A stretch of 64,000 bases of DNA from Camelus dromedarius. Its lineage: Eukaryota. Below, piece by piece: positions 38,501-50,095 of the stretch. The stretch covers positions 78,432,001-78,496,000 of the forward strand of contig NC_087437.1 in NCBI RefSeq assembly GCF_036321535.1, in the 5' to 3' direction. Made by a program: the position numbers and the translations under genes. The notes under the pieces are model-generated. The model made no database searches. It was given only the letters and a program-made list of their open reading frames with translations, and was not told where the DNA came from. The number at the start of each line of letters is the position of its first letter. Positions within the stretch are counted from its first letter, which is position 1.

Positions 38501-38900
38501 TGTGGTAGACACTCTAGTGACTGTCCCTCTCTCGCCCACTCCCTATTGAGAGGACATGACTGTTCTCTTTGCCAGTCAGAACACCCATCCTTCAGCTTCA
38601 GAGTGTTGGCTGCTTTGCTCAAAGTTGCCCTTCTTCTCTGAATATTGCTCTAAACAAAAAGCTCTCCGGCCCAGGAAATTATACTCCCCCCATCTTCATG
38701 CTAAGGTAGCCTTCAGTTCAAGACTGCATGACATAGATAGTAGTTTTGCTTAAAATTGATACTAACTCTGTGGTTGGTGCTATTTGTCTCCCCAAATTTT
38801 CCCATGGGGTCATACAGTAGCTAGTCTCTATTTGAGACCACATTTTTCTTAGCCTGACATATGACATCAGAGGTAACCCAAATCCTAGCCCTCAATTTCC
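38501..38900 (+). mobile_element. LTR16A-like ERVL solo LTR (decayed)
   Basis: Starts TGTGGTAGAC. CACCCATCCTTCAGCTTCAGAGTGTTGGCTGCT and GCCCAGGAAATTATACTCCCC resemble LTR16. Confidence 0.6.
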
Positions 38901-39308
38901 TCTTTCCCTTTTTTCCTCTTCCCAAAGTAGAGAAACACATTGAGTCACAAATTAAGGAGCATTCTGTCTTTAGAGAAAGTACCAGTCAGAGCACAAGGGC
39001 CCTTAGGAGCTATTTCCACTGCTGTCTTGACCCTGGTTCCATAGCTGTCCTAGTTTGCAGCCCTGATCTTGACTTCATTCATTTACTAAACATTAACCTG
39101 TCTATTCTCTTGATGTGGCCTTGACCTTATTCCTAACTTTATCTCAGTCTGCCATGTACCTGTTTGCTGATAAATTTTTATATCAGCTATGCCCATGATC
39201 TTGGCTGAACCTCATCTCTACTTGTCTAATCACATTTCACTAACACTTTTCCAAAAGCATGACTTGACACAAATCAATCCTGTGCATTTGTGTCTTGGGC
39301 TTATAGCC

Positions 39309-39687
39309 CATATTAGTCAACTCAGACTGCTAAAACAAGTTACTACAGGCTGTGTGCTTTAAACAACAGATATTTATTTCTCACATTTCTTGAGGCTGGA
39401 AGAGTCTAAGTCCGAGGTGCTGGCTAATTCAGTTCCTGATGAGAGTTCTCTTCCTAGCTTACAGATGGCCACCTTGTTGTTGTGTTCTCTGATGATAGAA
39501 AGAGAGAAATCTCGCTCTCTCTCTCTCTGTCTCTTACTCTTCTTATAATCCCAACTTGAAGGGCCCCACCTTCAAGATATTGTCTAATCCTAACTGCCTG
39601 CCAAAGGCCCCATCTCCAAATACCATCACATTGACGTTGATGGCTTCCACACATGCATTTTAGTAGGACACAATTCAGTCTATAGCA
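39309..39687 (-). mobile_element. MLT1A0-like MaLR solo LTR
   Basis: TTAAACAACAGATATTTATTTCTCACA..GAGGCTGGAAG..CCAAAGGCCCCATCTCCAAATACCATCACATTG..GACACAATTCAGTCTATAGCA. Confidence 0.9.
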
Positions 39688-39866
39688 GATCCCCACTAAG
39701 TTCGTCTGCACATGTAACAGCTAAGACTGGCTTTCCTTAAACAATATATTCCCACATGCACATTCATTTAATTCCCATGTATCTAGTACTTGCTCTATTT
39801 CAGTCATTGTGTTAGCTGCTGGGAATATAGAAATGAGCCATACAAACCAGACTCACTTTTTGCCTT

Positions 39867-39915
39867 TAAAACAAAACAAAATAAACAAACAAAACAAAAT
39901 AAACAAACAAAACAA
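39867..39915. repeat. (AAAAC/AAAT)n simple repeat with an 18-bp higher-order unit
   Basis: AAAACAAAATAAACAAAC occurs twice in tandem. Confidence 0.85.
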
Positions 39916-39974
39916 TATAATTGGGGAACAAAGAAAGTTGGGAAATGAAGGAAAGGTAACATATATTGAGTAGC

Positions 39975-40195
39975 CAACAGTTTAGTGGAGGAGCACGTGC
40001 TGTTCAGTCAGACTGCTTAAGTTAGAATCCTGACACCAAAACTTAATAAATGTGATGTGAGCAAGTTATTTAATCTCTTTCTGCTTCAGGTTCTCACCTT
40101 TGAAATATAGTAAAGCCTCTAGAATTTTAATTGAGATAATATTTAGAACAGTGCCTGGTATTGAGTATGTACTCAATATTTTTAGCCACTAGTAA
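39975..40195 (+). mobile_element. MIR SINE
   Basis: AGTCAGACTGC..GAATCCTGAC..GAGCAAGTTATTTAATCTCT..TTAGAACAGTGCCTGG..ACTCAATA. Confidence 0.8.
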
Positions 40196-40571
40196 TGATA
40201 TCTACCATTTGCCAGTCTCTCTAGGCATTACACCATTTAATCATGAAAGAGCTGTACATGAGGACTGTTGTTTCCCATTTCACCTGAAACCAGCTTTTAA
40301 GGAACTTATACTATAAGTTGGAAGGTTGAAAATGAAGTTCAGTCAAGAACTGATGAAAGCAGGGTAAGAGGTCAAGAGTATTTTGCAGCCCACAATCAGA
40401 CAGAATTGATGTTTGAATGAATCTAAAAGATGATATGTAAAGATGATATATGAGATTTCTGCTTAGACTATTAGAGATGACAATCTGAACTATTTTACCT
40501 AGGAATTCTCAAACTGTAGTCAGGCAGATACTATGCTTCAAATGACCATTATGATTTAAATAAATAATGAC

Positions 40572-40930
40572 TGTGACATCTGGGAGAATGTGCTTGCAGA
40601 TACTCAACTATGGGGAACAAACTTAAATGACAACCTCAGCCACTGTGCTTTGAAATCTATTACTTCTGAGGCAACACCTCCCAGGGCTGCTCTCAGCCAA
40701 TGATTTGGTGTCACAGGAATACTAAGGCAAACCCATTCTTAGGAGATACAAGTCTGCTCTGATAGACAACTTTGGTTCAAAGATTCCCCAAAACTTTGCC
40801 AAGTCTTCCTTAGACTGCCTGACAATCCATCTAAACTTCTCACATGTCCTCCTTTACTTTATATCAAATTTAGATCACTGTCTGATGGTCTCCCTGAGCC
40901 TGCCCCTGCTCATTCTCAGTTTTCCCACAC
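40572..40930 (+). mobile_element. LTR16B-like ERVL LTR, 3'-truncated
   Basis: GACAACCTCAGCCAC..GAGGCAACACCTCCCCAGGGCTGCTCTCAGCCAATGA..TACTAAGGCAAACCCATTCTT. Orientation is from a recalled consensus. Confidence 0.65.
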
Positions 40931-40931
40931 A

Positions 40932-42332
40932 GTTTTGAGAGCAGCTACTCCATCGTCGCTGTGAGCCTTTCTTTCTAAAATAAACATTGAGAAAAGTAAG
41001 TAGAATTAACTACAACCCCAATTGTGGCAGTTGATCATGGCACTCAACTCCCTCCCCCACTGTCCGTTCTTAATTCCTTGTGCTCTCAGCTATCACCAAC
41101 TCTGGTCTTGATGGCTTGTGGCCCAAAGCTTCCCAGAGAGAACACTCAGTAGTAACGCCCTTCTCAGCTTGGGATTGCTTCACATGTTTGTTTACAGTTA
41201 CAATGGGACAAAAGAATATCAGCAGGTATCCAAGTGGCTCACCCGTGTTACATAAATAATTCCTCCTAGCTCCCATTGTATAAAAATAGCCTTACCTCCT
41301 GCTGATTGGGGTCAATTACCCTTGACAACATGGTGATTCCTGTTTTTGCCTGCTGCCCTTGGGCACAAAGTAACTTAGCTTATAGTTAACTAACACTCTG
41401 TGTCTCTTGGCAAGAGTTTGCCCCTTTGGGCTTCAGGACCTACAACTCTGTAGAAATCAGAACTGTGGAGGAGAATCACAGTATCTCCCCCAGTGAGTCA
41501 CTGCAAGTGTTAGTAAATGGAGACGTTTCGGCTTCTGTATCTTGGATTCTAGACCTACGTGTTTTTCCTTTTGTGGGCACAGCACAATACGGAGGTCTCT
41601 GATTTAATAAATTTATTGCATCCTGACACATGGTACCCAGTCATTCCAGAGTGCTTCTTCTGAGCTGGCCTTTCAGCCACACCTTTAGAAAGCTAATCCT
41701 GCTTTCCTGAAGTGGGCTGCCATTAGATGACATAGTATGTGATGTAACTTGTGGACTGCATTGTCTTGAGCTTAATTCCACAACTCCTTTGCTACCAAGT
41801 GGGTCCCCTGATCGATGCTGTGTTGTGTAGCACTTCATCTTTGTGGATCAGGTATTCTGTAAGTTTTGGATGCCTGGTGCTGGCTGACACAACACACATA
41901 CAAAACAGGTATCTATCCCTTTAAGGACAACAGCTGGACAACTGGACTGTAAAAATGACCGGATACTGTCAACTTACCACTAAATAATCTTCTCAAGGGA
42001 TAGTGCCATCCCGGAGGCTCCACATCGGTCTCTGTTCTGATGTGCTGTATACTCAGAAGGAGCTGGAGCTACATTAGCCTTGGTAAGTGGGAGTACATGC
42101 TATTGAACCCGTGCATAATCTCCATCTCTGCTATTGGGCCACTTTGTTCATGTGCCTCCTGTGCTAGTTTTGACAAAGTCTAGTTTACATCAGCCGGCTG
42201 AGAGCATCTGTCTACTTGCTTCTTCGGTTCCTCTTCTATGGTGGATGGTTTCTGGTTGGACTTAACATGCGATACAAAGTCTTCAGGCTTTATCCCCACT
42301 CTGATATGTCTATCTACATGCCTCTACCCCTG
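40932..42332 (-). mobile_element. ERVL internal region (ERV3-16A3/HERV16-like): decayed RNase H, integrase and dUTPase-region remnants
   Basis: Minus-strand translations GRGM*IDISEW..VSHVKSNQK (RNase H), AHEQSG..DYARVQ*HVLPLTKANVA (integrase N-terminus) and NYLCNTGEPLGYLLIFFCPIVTVN (ERVL dUTPase-region C-terminus). Many stops and frameshifts. Confidence 0.88.
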
Positions 42333-42509
42333 GGTAGGAGGGTAGGACCAAGGCAGCAAAGAGTGATGGGGTTCTTTGTAGAAATTTATTTGCTATTACG
42401 ATGAAGTTGCTATTTATATTGTAACCATCAAAGAGCACGAATTGTGTAGCCTTGTGTCCATGGCCAAATATTAGGAACTTTGAAGAGGCTGGTGTAGGGT
42501 TTGTTCTCT

Positions 42510-42720
42510 CAAGTCAGGTTTTGGCATGAAGCTGACATAATTTGGAAGAGGGGAACCCTTTCTAAAAAAAAAACAAAATAACAAATATGAAATTGGATAA
42601 TATATGATTACTTACTTAGAAAAGAAATGTCAACAATGTACTGGGCCTTTGGAGATTCAGATTCTTTTTTGTTTCTGGTAATTTTTAAAGAAAATTTAAT
42701 GAAATTATTTCACTAGAAAA
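42510..42720. mobile_element. hAT-Tip100 (MER115/Zaphod-like) fragment
   Basis: CAGGTTTTGGCATGAAGCTGACATAATTTGG..CCCTTTCTAAAAAAAAAACAAAATAACAAATATGAAATTGG resembles a recalled consensus. Confidence 0.45.
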
Positions 42721-42724
42721 ATGT

Positions 42725-42820
42725 TGAGGGCAGGGAGTATATGAGAGATCTTTGTACCTTCTGCTTAATTTTGCTGTGAACCTAAAACTTCTCTAAAAAA
42801 TAAACTCAATTTAAAAAAAA
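42725..42820 (+). mobile_element. L1MB-like 3' end
   Basis: GAGATCTTTGTACCTTCTGCTTAATTTTGCTGTGAACCTAAAACTTCTCTAAAAAATAAA plus an A tail. Confidence 0.85.
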
Positions 42821-42989
42821 GTTTTCTTATTGTAACCTGGCTGCCCTCCCTAGCTACAGTTTTCATACATCTTCCAGTACTCATAGTCAGTCAGCATGTG
42901 AAAGGTGCCTCAGTGAGGATTCATCAGTGTCACAGGACCTACCAGTGGGCTTGTCATGAACTCAGCAGCATCCAACACCTGGAGCACTC

Positions 42990-44218
42990 TCTCCTAAGAA
43001 GAAATGGCATCTCATCCTTCGTTTTCTAAGCAGCATTGCCCTAATGATTTTTCTTCCTCTTTGAGCATTTTTTTTCTCTTTATCCTTCTCCACCTAGCCA
43101 TCTAATCTTGGAGTTCTTCAAGGTCTGGTCCTAGTCCTACTTTACTTCTTACTCTGTACTCCCATAAATATTTATATTGACATTTTCTTTTCAGTTACTT
43201 CCTATGCACAGATGACTCACAAATTTGCATCTCCAGCCCGGAAGCCTTCTCTGAGCATCAGATCTAAATGTCCCGTAGATATCTTCCCCGGAATGAGTCA
43301 AAATCTCCCCCAAGTCAACATGTTCAAAATGAAATCATAGTCTGTCTCACCCTTCAAACAGAGTCATCTATAACATTGCCAATTTCAGGTAATACAATTT
43401 CCACTTCAGTGAACCCGTGCAGCTCCATGCCTGAAATTCTGTAGTCATCCATGAGCTTCTCTCTTTCTTACCATCTTTATCCAAACTGAAAGAAACTTGA
43501 CCCATTTAACTTCCTAAAGATCTCTCAACTGTGTTCATTCTCTCTAACCTTCCCACCACTACCTTAGTCCAGGCTTATAAATTCTGGGCCTTCACAACAG
43601 CCTCCCAACCAGAATAGCTTCATCTATTTTTGCTCTCTTTTTAAAAATCAAATCTACATGCAGAAGCCAGAGTGATCTTTTAAAAATGTAAATCTGATTA
43701 AATCCCATGCTTGCTTAAGTCTGGTCAATGTTTTTCCATTGTTTGTAAGAGAGAGAACACATTATTCAGCCAGGCTTACCAGGCTGTGGTGGTCTGGCCC
43801 TACCCCTCGAGCCTCATCTCACAATGTGCTGTGAGACAGTCTCTTTCACTCAGTCTACTCATGCTGTACTGTCTTTCTTTAGGTTCCTTACACACACCGT
43901 GGCCTTTCTGCCACACCTTTTGCAAGTGTCAGATCATAGATTCTTCTTTTCCCAGGTAACTTCTAATCATTCTTAATATTTCTGTTCCATTGTTCTATCC
44001 TAAGGAAATCTTTCCAGACCTCTCTGATTAGCTCTTATAACCTATTAACTATCCTTATAATGATGGCAATTTCACATTTCCATGATTATTTGTTATCTTT
44101 CCCACTAATTGTTAGTTCTCTGGCACTAAGGACAGTTATGATCTCTTTTACCACTGAGTCTCTGGCATCTAGCACAGTCCTTGGCTCCTTACATTCAATG
44201 CAATTTTCTAATTAATCA
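42990..44218 (+). mobile_element. L2 LINE, about 1.2 kb of 3' portion
   Basis: GATGACTCACAAATTTGCATCTCCAGCCC (YADD-region remnant), AACATGTTCAAAATGAA, GCCAGAGTGATCTTTTAAAAATGTAAATCTGAT and GCATCTAGCACAGT. Confidence 0.85.
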
Positions 44219-44884
44219 AGTTTGTAAGGTACTGTTATTAATAATTTTTTTCATATAAGCAAGGTGTATTTAAAAGACTTGTGGGTTACTATCTTGGTAG
44301 TTTTTTTTTCAAGAAGTCTTGCCTTGAGGATTGTTTATCCAACCTGTAAAAATGCCCCTTTTTCCAGCAGAATGGGACTCCTAAAGTCTAGCAAAATATG
44401 TTTGTCTGGGTGTACAGAGTGAATACAGAGAGTATGCTGTGTGAGCTAAACATGTTACTCACCAATTTCCCTAATGGTTGTGTTTGATCATAAATGCTGG
44501 CTGTCACTTTTGGTCATCTAGTTAAGTTTCTAAGTGTATTTGCTACACACATATCAAGTTGATTAGAGATGATTTGCTGATCTGCTTCACTTTAGGTAAA
44601 TAGAAATCTAGTGTTCCAAAACATGTAGTTGAATTGATTTGGCAGACTGCTAAAAGAATACTTAACACATGTTCTTCAACCCAAGGGTATCCAGTCTGTA
44701 GCTATAGCATTAGCTTTATTAAATTCTCAGTGAAAAGCGCAGGGGGAAGTTGGTTCTGTATTGGCTAGATTGGTGTAAAAGGCAAGACTTATAGAGAAGT
44801 GAAGGATAAGAAAAAAGTCAGTAAGAGACGAACCTAGGCTTGGTGGGTGCAACCATAGATGGCTATCACATTCCATGGACTTTA

Positions 44885-45085
44885 AATACAATATCTCAGC
44901 AATTCTTCCAGTAGTCCTACAGAAGGTATTTTTATTCCAGTCTTACAAATGAGGAGGCTGATGTTCAGGGGTTAACTGATGTTCAGGGACTATCTCTAAA
45001 GAGGTGATATTCAGGGAATATTGGTGGTATTCGATTCCTGTACTTTATCTTTGGGGCTCAAATATAACTTTTGTAAGAAATACTT
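44885..45085 (-). mobile_element. MIR SINE with local 12-13 bp triplication
   Basis: TTACAAATGAGGAGGCTGA core. TGATRTTCAGGG occurs at 44959, 44977 and 45005. Confidence 0.6.
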
Positions 45086-45330
45086 CCTTTAACACTGAAT
45101 CTTATGGTAAGCACTACACTATAATTGTCTCATTATTCATCTGTGTATCTCAATTGAGTGAAAATGTTTCAAACACTCGGATTATATTTACCATTTTATC
45201 CCCAGTGGGAACATCTTGGCATAAAAAGGCTGCTGAATAAAGGATGTCCAGGATTACTTGACTGAAAAATTAGTTATGTTTCTGACCCTAAACCATACTT
45301 CTTTTTTCATACCATGTGTTTTAAAATGTA

Positions 45331-45852
45331 GGTTATATAACTATTCAGGTATGGTGAGGACAACAGATCAGGAGACAATGGCTATTGAAAAGATGGTCTG
45401 TTCCTCACAGTTCCCAAAATGAGGGAGCCACATGGGGAAGCAACAGGGTCAGTCAGGAGGCTGAAGGAGTGGATGAAAATCATGAGCAAGAGCCTGTATT
45501 GTGGTTTTCTCAAGAAGGTAAGGCAAGGCAAGTTAAGGAGGTAAAGAATTGGCTACCTTGAATAATTCTGGCAGGCTCTGAGACATAAAGACTGTCCCTA
45601 GTTATCTGATGCTTGGTCCTAAGGTGAGTAGGGCAGGGGGATAGTGGCCCTGAGTGTGGGAGCCCTGTATTTAATAAAGAAGTAACTGGGGCATGGGATC
45701 TGATTGGTTGGTTTGTGCATGAAAGGCACACATGCAGGCAAGTCTTTTCCTATGTCTAGGAATTAGCTTGCCCTGGGACTTGCAGTGTCCCCCAGAGGCA
45801 ATAAGGACCCTAAGTGACAAAACAATGGTATAAAATGACAGGTTTAATATAC
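45331..45852 (-). mobile_element. MER74-like ERVL solo LTR
   Basis: CAGGTATGGTGAGGACAACAGATCAGGAGA..GATTGGTTGGTTTGTGCATGAAAGGC..CTAGGAATTAGCTTGCCCTGGGA is the reverse of the recalled MER74 consensus. Confidence 0.8.
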
Positions 45853-47330
45853 CATGTCAAAAGAGTAATTAATTCAGTGCTGAATTTAAGCTATGGCACA
45901 TGAAAATAAAATTAAGTTGCTATTATTCATATACTCAAGGGATAGAAAGGGATCTGTCAGTGGTCCAAGGGAAAATAATGTCTCCTTTCTCCTCTGCCTT
46001 TTATAATATATTTCAGTGTATCACAACAACAGAGTACTTCAATTTATTATATTTTAGTTGAAGTTTGTATATGGGTAGGAACCTCAACATTAACTGAAGA
46101 GGGGCTAAATGAAGTTTAGGATTTGGGGAAACTGGGATTAGGTAACATTCTAAGGAAGGGCTGTGTTCATTTTAAAGGAACATAGCTCTGTCAGACCCCT
46201 TGACATGAGGGTCTCTGATGGAACACCAAACAATTAAAAGATAAATTATATTAGAGAGCAAATCATTAATAGACATTTACAGTAGTAGAGTTCATCATGT
46301 TTTTCATGATTTGTGTTCTCAGTAAAAATATTATTGTCACTGAGCATGATCTGAGAGAAGACTGAGCTCCCTGAAAAATTTAAGCAATGTTTTCCTCTTT
46401 ACCAGGAAAAATCTTTCACTTTTCCTTTCTCTTGGATTTAGGTGAAAAGTGTTTGTGTGGCACATGCATGCATGAGTTTGTATGCCTTGATGGACATAAG
46501 ACAATTGCCCAGGTTTATATTCTTTAGTTGTTTCTTGAACTTCAAAGGGAAATATGCTAAACTGTGTTGTTGACTATTTTTGATATTTTGAAAAATACAT
46601 TCCAGGTGGAAACTTGCAAGGAAGAATTTTAGGCTGACACAGTTGGAAATGTTTAAACACTCAACACAATGAAGTTCACAATGGAAAATCTGACAAATCT
46701 TTTATATTAGTGGCAACGTGAGGCTCCACTGAAATTACCAAACAGGCAGCAAGTGCCATAATAAAAGCAGTTTCTGGAAATTGTGGGGAGAAAGACTAGC
46801 TGCTTTTAGAGAATTATTTTTCTAATTGTGCATTCCTAACTCAAGGGAGAACCTGATGGTAACAGTATGTTCCTGTATTGTAGTCGATCCGTTTAGTTTT
46901 CAAATAGCCATGTTAGGTTAGCATTGTGTTTAAGGCTTAGAGTGGGGTGGTTTTTGTTGCAAAAGGGAAAATGTAACAAAAAGAGCCCCTTTTAGCAATT
47001 TAGGTTTCATGTCTTTGAGTTAGATGGCAGATGATAAATGTTTGATTTGTTTTCACAGATAGTGGCCTAAAAAACAAACCAAAAATTGAGTTCCCAGGAT
47101 GAAAAAAAGAGGAAAGAGAAACATGAAACTTTTTGGCATTTTTGTTCCATATAAGCAAAGATATTTCCAAAAGGCAATAAAATAACAAAAGAACCATTCC
47201 TGGCATTGTTGATGTCCTAAGTTGAAGGTAGGAGAGCACACAGCCAGCAAAGGCTCACTTTAAAACATTAAATCATCATACAAAAGGTCTGGAAGCATCT
47301 ACTAAAGATTTAGTGCATCTCAGATAGATT

Positions 47331-47425
47331 TATTCATTCATTGATTTAAAAAATATTTATTGAAAGATTGCTGTGCACCATATCCTGTTCTGAGGTCTTC
47401 ACAACAGTGAACAAAAATAGAATGC
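47331..47425 (-). mobile_element. L2 3' terminus
   Basis: ATTCATTCATT..AAATATTTATTGA..CTGTGCACCA..CAGTGAACAAAA. Confidence 0.75.
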
Positions 47426-47779
47426 ACATGCTACTGGCATACATTTAATGATCTCTATCTCCTTTGATTAAAACTTAATCAGCTTTAGCATCAAACCACT
47501 TTGTAACGTGGGTATTTACTTACTGATGCTTCCTTTCTTTAGGTTGAGTTTGTGTGTGTGTGTGTGTGCGTGAACATATGGATATATCTTCCTGGGGGGA
47601 ATGCGAGTTTTATTTAATAGCTATAAAATTTGAAGCTACATATAACTAAAAGACAAAAATTACATTTACAGAAAAAATATATGTCAAATATTGTCTGGCT
47701 CAGTCAAAACTGGATTTTCTTCCTCTTTACCAGATCTGATATTCTTTGCCCTCTTCATGATTGTGTTTTTTCTATACTT

Positions 47780-48422
47780 CAGTGTTCTCAAATATGACTA
47801 CACTTTGGAATCATCTGGGAAGATTTAAAAATTACTGACTCTTGGGTCTAACACTTGCCATTGTGAAAAGTTTATTTAATTGGTGTATTGTCAGGGTTCT
47901 CCAGAGAAACAGAAGCAATAGAATATGTGTGTGTTTGTGTGTGGATTCATTATGAGGAACTGGCTCACATGATTACAGAGACTGAGACATGATCTGCTAT
48001 CTGCAGACTGGAAACCCAGTAGTGTAATTCCAATCTGAGTGTGAAGGCCTGAAAACCAGGGAAGCCAAGGATATAAATATCAATCCAGGGGCAATAAAAG
48101 ACTGTTGTCCCAGCTCAGTCTCCTCCAGGCAGGAAAAGAAAAAATTCTCCCTTCCTCTGCTCTTTAATCTTTTCAAGCCCTCAGTGGGTTGGATGTTGCC
48201 CATCCACATTGGGGAGGGCAAACTATTTTACTGAGTCCAACTATTTAAATGCTCATTTCATCCAGAAACACCCTCAAAGACATATCCATAAGTAAAGTTT
48301 AAACTGGGCACTCCATGATCCAGTCAATTTGTCGCAATTGCTCTGGGGTGCAACCTAGGCATGAGGAATTATAAAAAGCTCTGCTAATAAATCTCATGTT
48401 TAGCCAAGGTTGAAATCCACTG
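47780..48422. mobile_element. MER5 (MER5B-like) DNA transposon split by an MLT2 LTR
   Basis: CAGTGTTCTCAAA..GGAATCATCTGGGAAG before 47884, and TGGGGTGCAACCTAGGCAT..AGCCAAGGTTGAAATCCACTG after 48341. Confidence 0.75.
47884..48336 (-). mobile_element. MLT2B/D-like ERVL solo LTR
   Basis: TGTATTGTCAGGGTTCTCCAGAGAAACAGAA..GAGGAACTGGCTCACATGATT..CCAGAAACACCCTCA. TSD ATTGG (47879-47883) / ATTGC (48337-48341). Confidence 0.9.
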
Positions 48423-48430
48423 TTCTGAAA

Positions 48431-48689
48431 CACTGGTTCTCAAAGTGTTCTCTGCAACCTCAACATCACCTGGGAACTTGTTCGAAGTGCAAATTCTAGG
48501 GTCTCATCCTAGACCTACTAAATCAGAAAGTCAGGGGATAGGGCCTGCAATCGTCTTTTATCAAACCATCTAGGTTATTGTGAAGGATGTGACTGTTGGA
48601 GAAACACTGGGTGGGGCTGTAACTTAATTTGCATTTCTAATCAGTTTCCGAGTGATGCTGTCCAGAGACATCACTTTGAGAATTCCTGC
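48431..48689. mobile_element. MER5A followed by a partial MER5A1-like copy
   Basis: CACTGGTTCTCAAAGTG..CATCACCTGGGAACTTGTT..AGACCTACTAAATCAGAA..GAGAAACACTG, then TTTGCATTTCTAA..CACTTTGAGAA. Confidence 0.8.
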
Positions 48690-49914
48690 TCTAAACCCAA
48701 CTCCCATCTGATTCTTTCATATGTCTGTTCACACTTGATGGAATGGATTTCTCAGGGGAAAAAAAAAAAAGTTATTTCTGATAAGTTTAACTATTGCACA
48801 TAATCAGTGTTTTATTTTCAACGATATTCTCTTATCAATGGCTCTCTGTGGGAAGGAAAGTAGTTTTAGTTTAGGAATCAAGTTGAAAAATTTCCATTTA
48901 TTTCCTTACTATCACAGATACTTGACTTAGAATGTAAGTTGGTTCAGTTGTTGTTCCCTTGCAGTCAGGAATAAATATCCAGGTGTTGGAGTCACAGAAA
49001 ATGCACCTGACTCAGAGCCAGCTTTTGTGTTTGGCTTTGAGGTAACTTCCAACCTTTGCCAGATATGCTGACCACCTGTGAAATATTTGATCAATCTGCT
49101 GATCCAGCTGCAGCCTCTCCGTGCTGTAAATTCCATCTGTCCTATGGGATGAGAGGGTGCTTGGCGGCATAACAGTCTAGCATGGGCCAAGTCAGAAGGA
49201 GGGAGTTGACTCAGGTATGGCTGGCAAAAATAATCTGTTCGCCCCTATTGTCCCTGCAACTAAAGCAAGTGTTTCAGTCCTACCTTCTTACGCTAGTGGA
49301 ATACCCCTTTGTTCATATGATACCACGTCAGATTGTAGGGGTAACTGACTCACATTCAAATATTTTAGATTAATCACCATGAATATTTCCCCTTTCTACT
49401 TTTTAGGGCCTGACTGCTAGAGTGAATGTCTGTGGAACTTGACAATACCTGCTTTTGGCCCAGAAAAAGTCATATGACTCTCCACTTATTTCACAGACTG
49501 TGGGACTGAATGAGAGCCAACAGAGAATTTATGGAAGGGTTGTGAGATCAATTAAGAAAAATCACCACTCCTGAAGAGAATAGAAACTGGAAGAATTTTG
49601 GTGAAGTAAATAATTACAGACATCCACAAGCCCAGGGATTCTGACATGTCTGATCATCAGAATCACCCAGAAGATGTACAAACGTAGACACTGGGGCCCA
49701 TCCAGAGATTTTCCTTTGGGTGGGGCTAGAATAGTTCCAAGTTATTTCAATGACTCTGTCCCAAATCTCTCTATCCTCTGTTGTGCCTCTACCACTTTGA
49801 GATCCTCTCTGAAGGCCAAGGGATCTTTGCTTCAAAATAAACATTTTTTTCCAACACATTCATTCTCTTAAAAAGGTAATGATTCTGGATAAAGTATAAA
49901 GTCAAGTTAATCAA

Positions 49915-50095
49915 CAGATTTTATGAGTTGAGACTTTGATTCTAGCCTGTCTTCGTCACTGACTAGCTGTATGACTTGCTTTATGTCTTAACCAATTAAC
50001 CTCAGATTCCTCCCTGGTCAAATAGGAATAGTAATTCCATAAGATAATTGCAAGGATGAAATGATATCAAGGCTAAAAAATATTTTGAATATTTT
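49915..50095 (+). mobile_element. MIR SINE
   Basis: TCACTGACTAGCTGTATGACTT..CCTCAGATTCCTC..GCAAGGATGAAATGA. Confidence 0.7.

Noticed and set aside
41070..41276. Intact retroviral (dUTPase/integrase) coding gene
   Set aside because: Only a short open stretch of a heavily stop- and frameshift-riddled ERVL relic, with no sign of domestication.
7556..46723. AACGTGAGG recurring near 7558, 15811 and 46715
   Set aside because: A 9-mer at three distant sites with unrelated flanks is compatible with chance, and there is no array structure.
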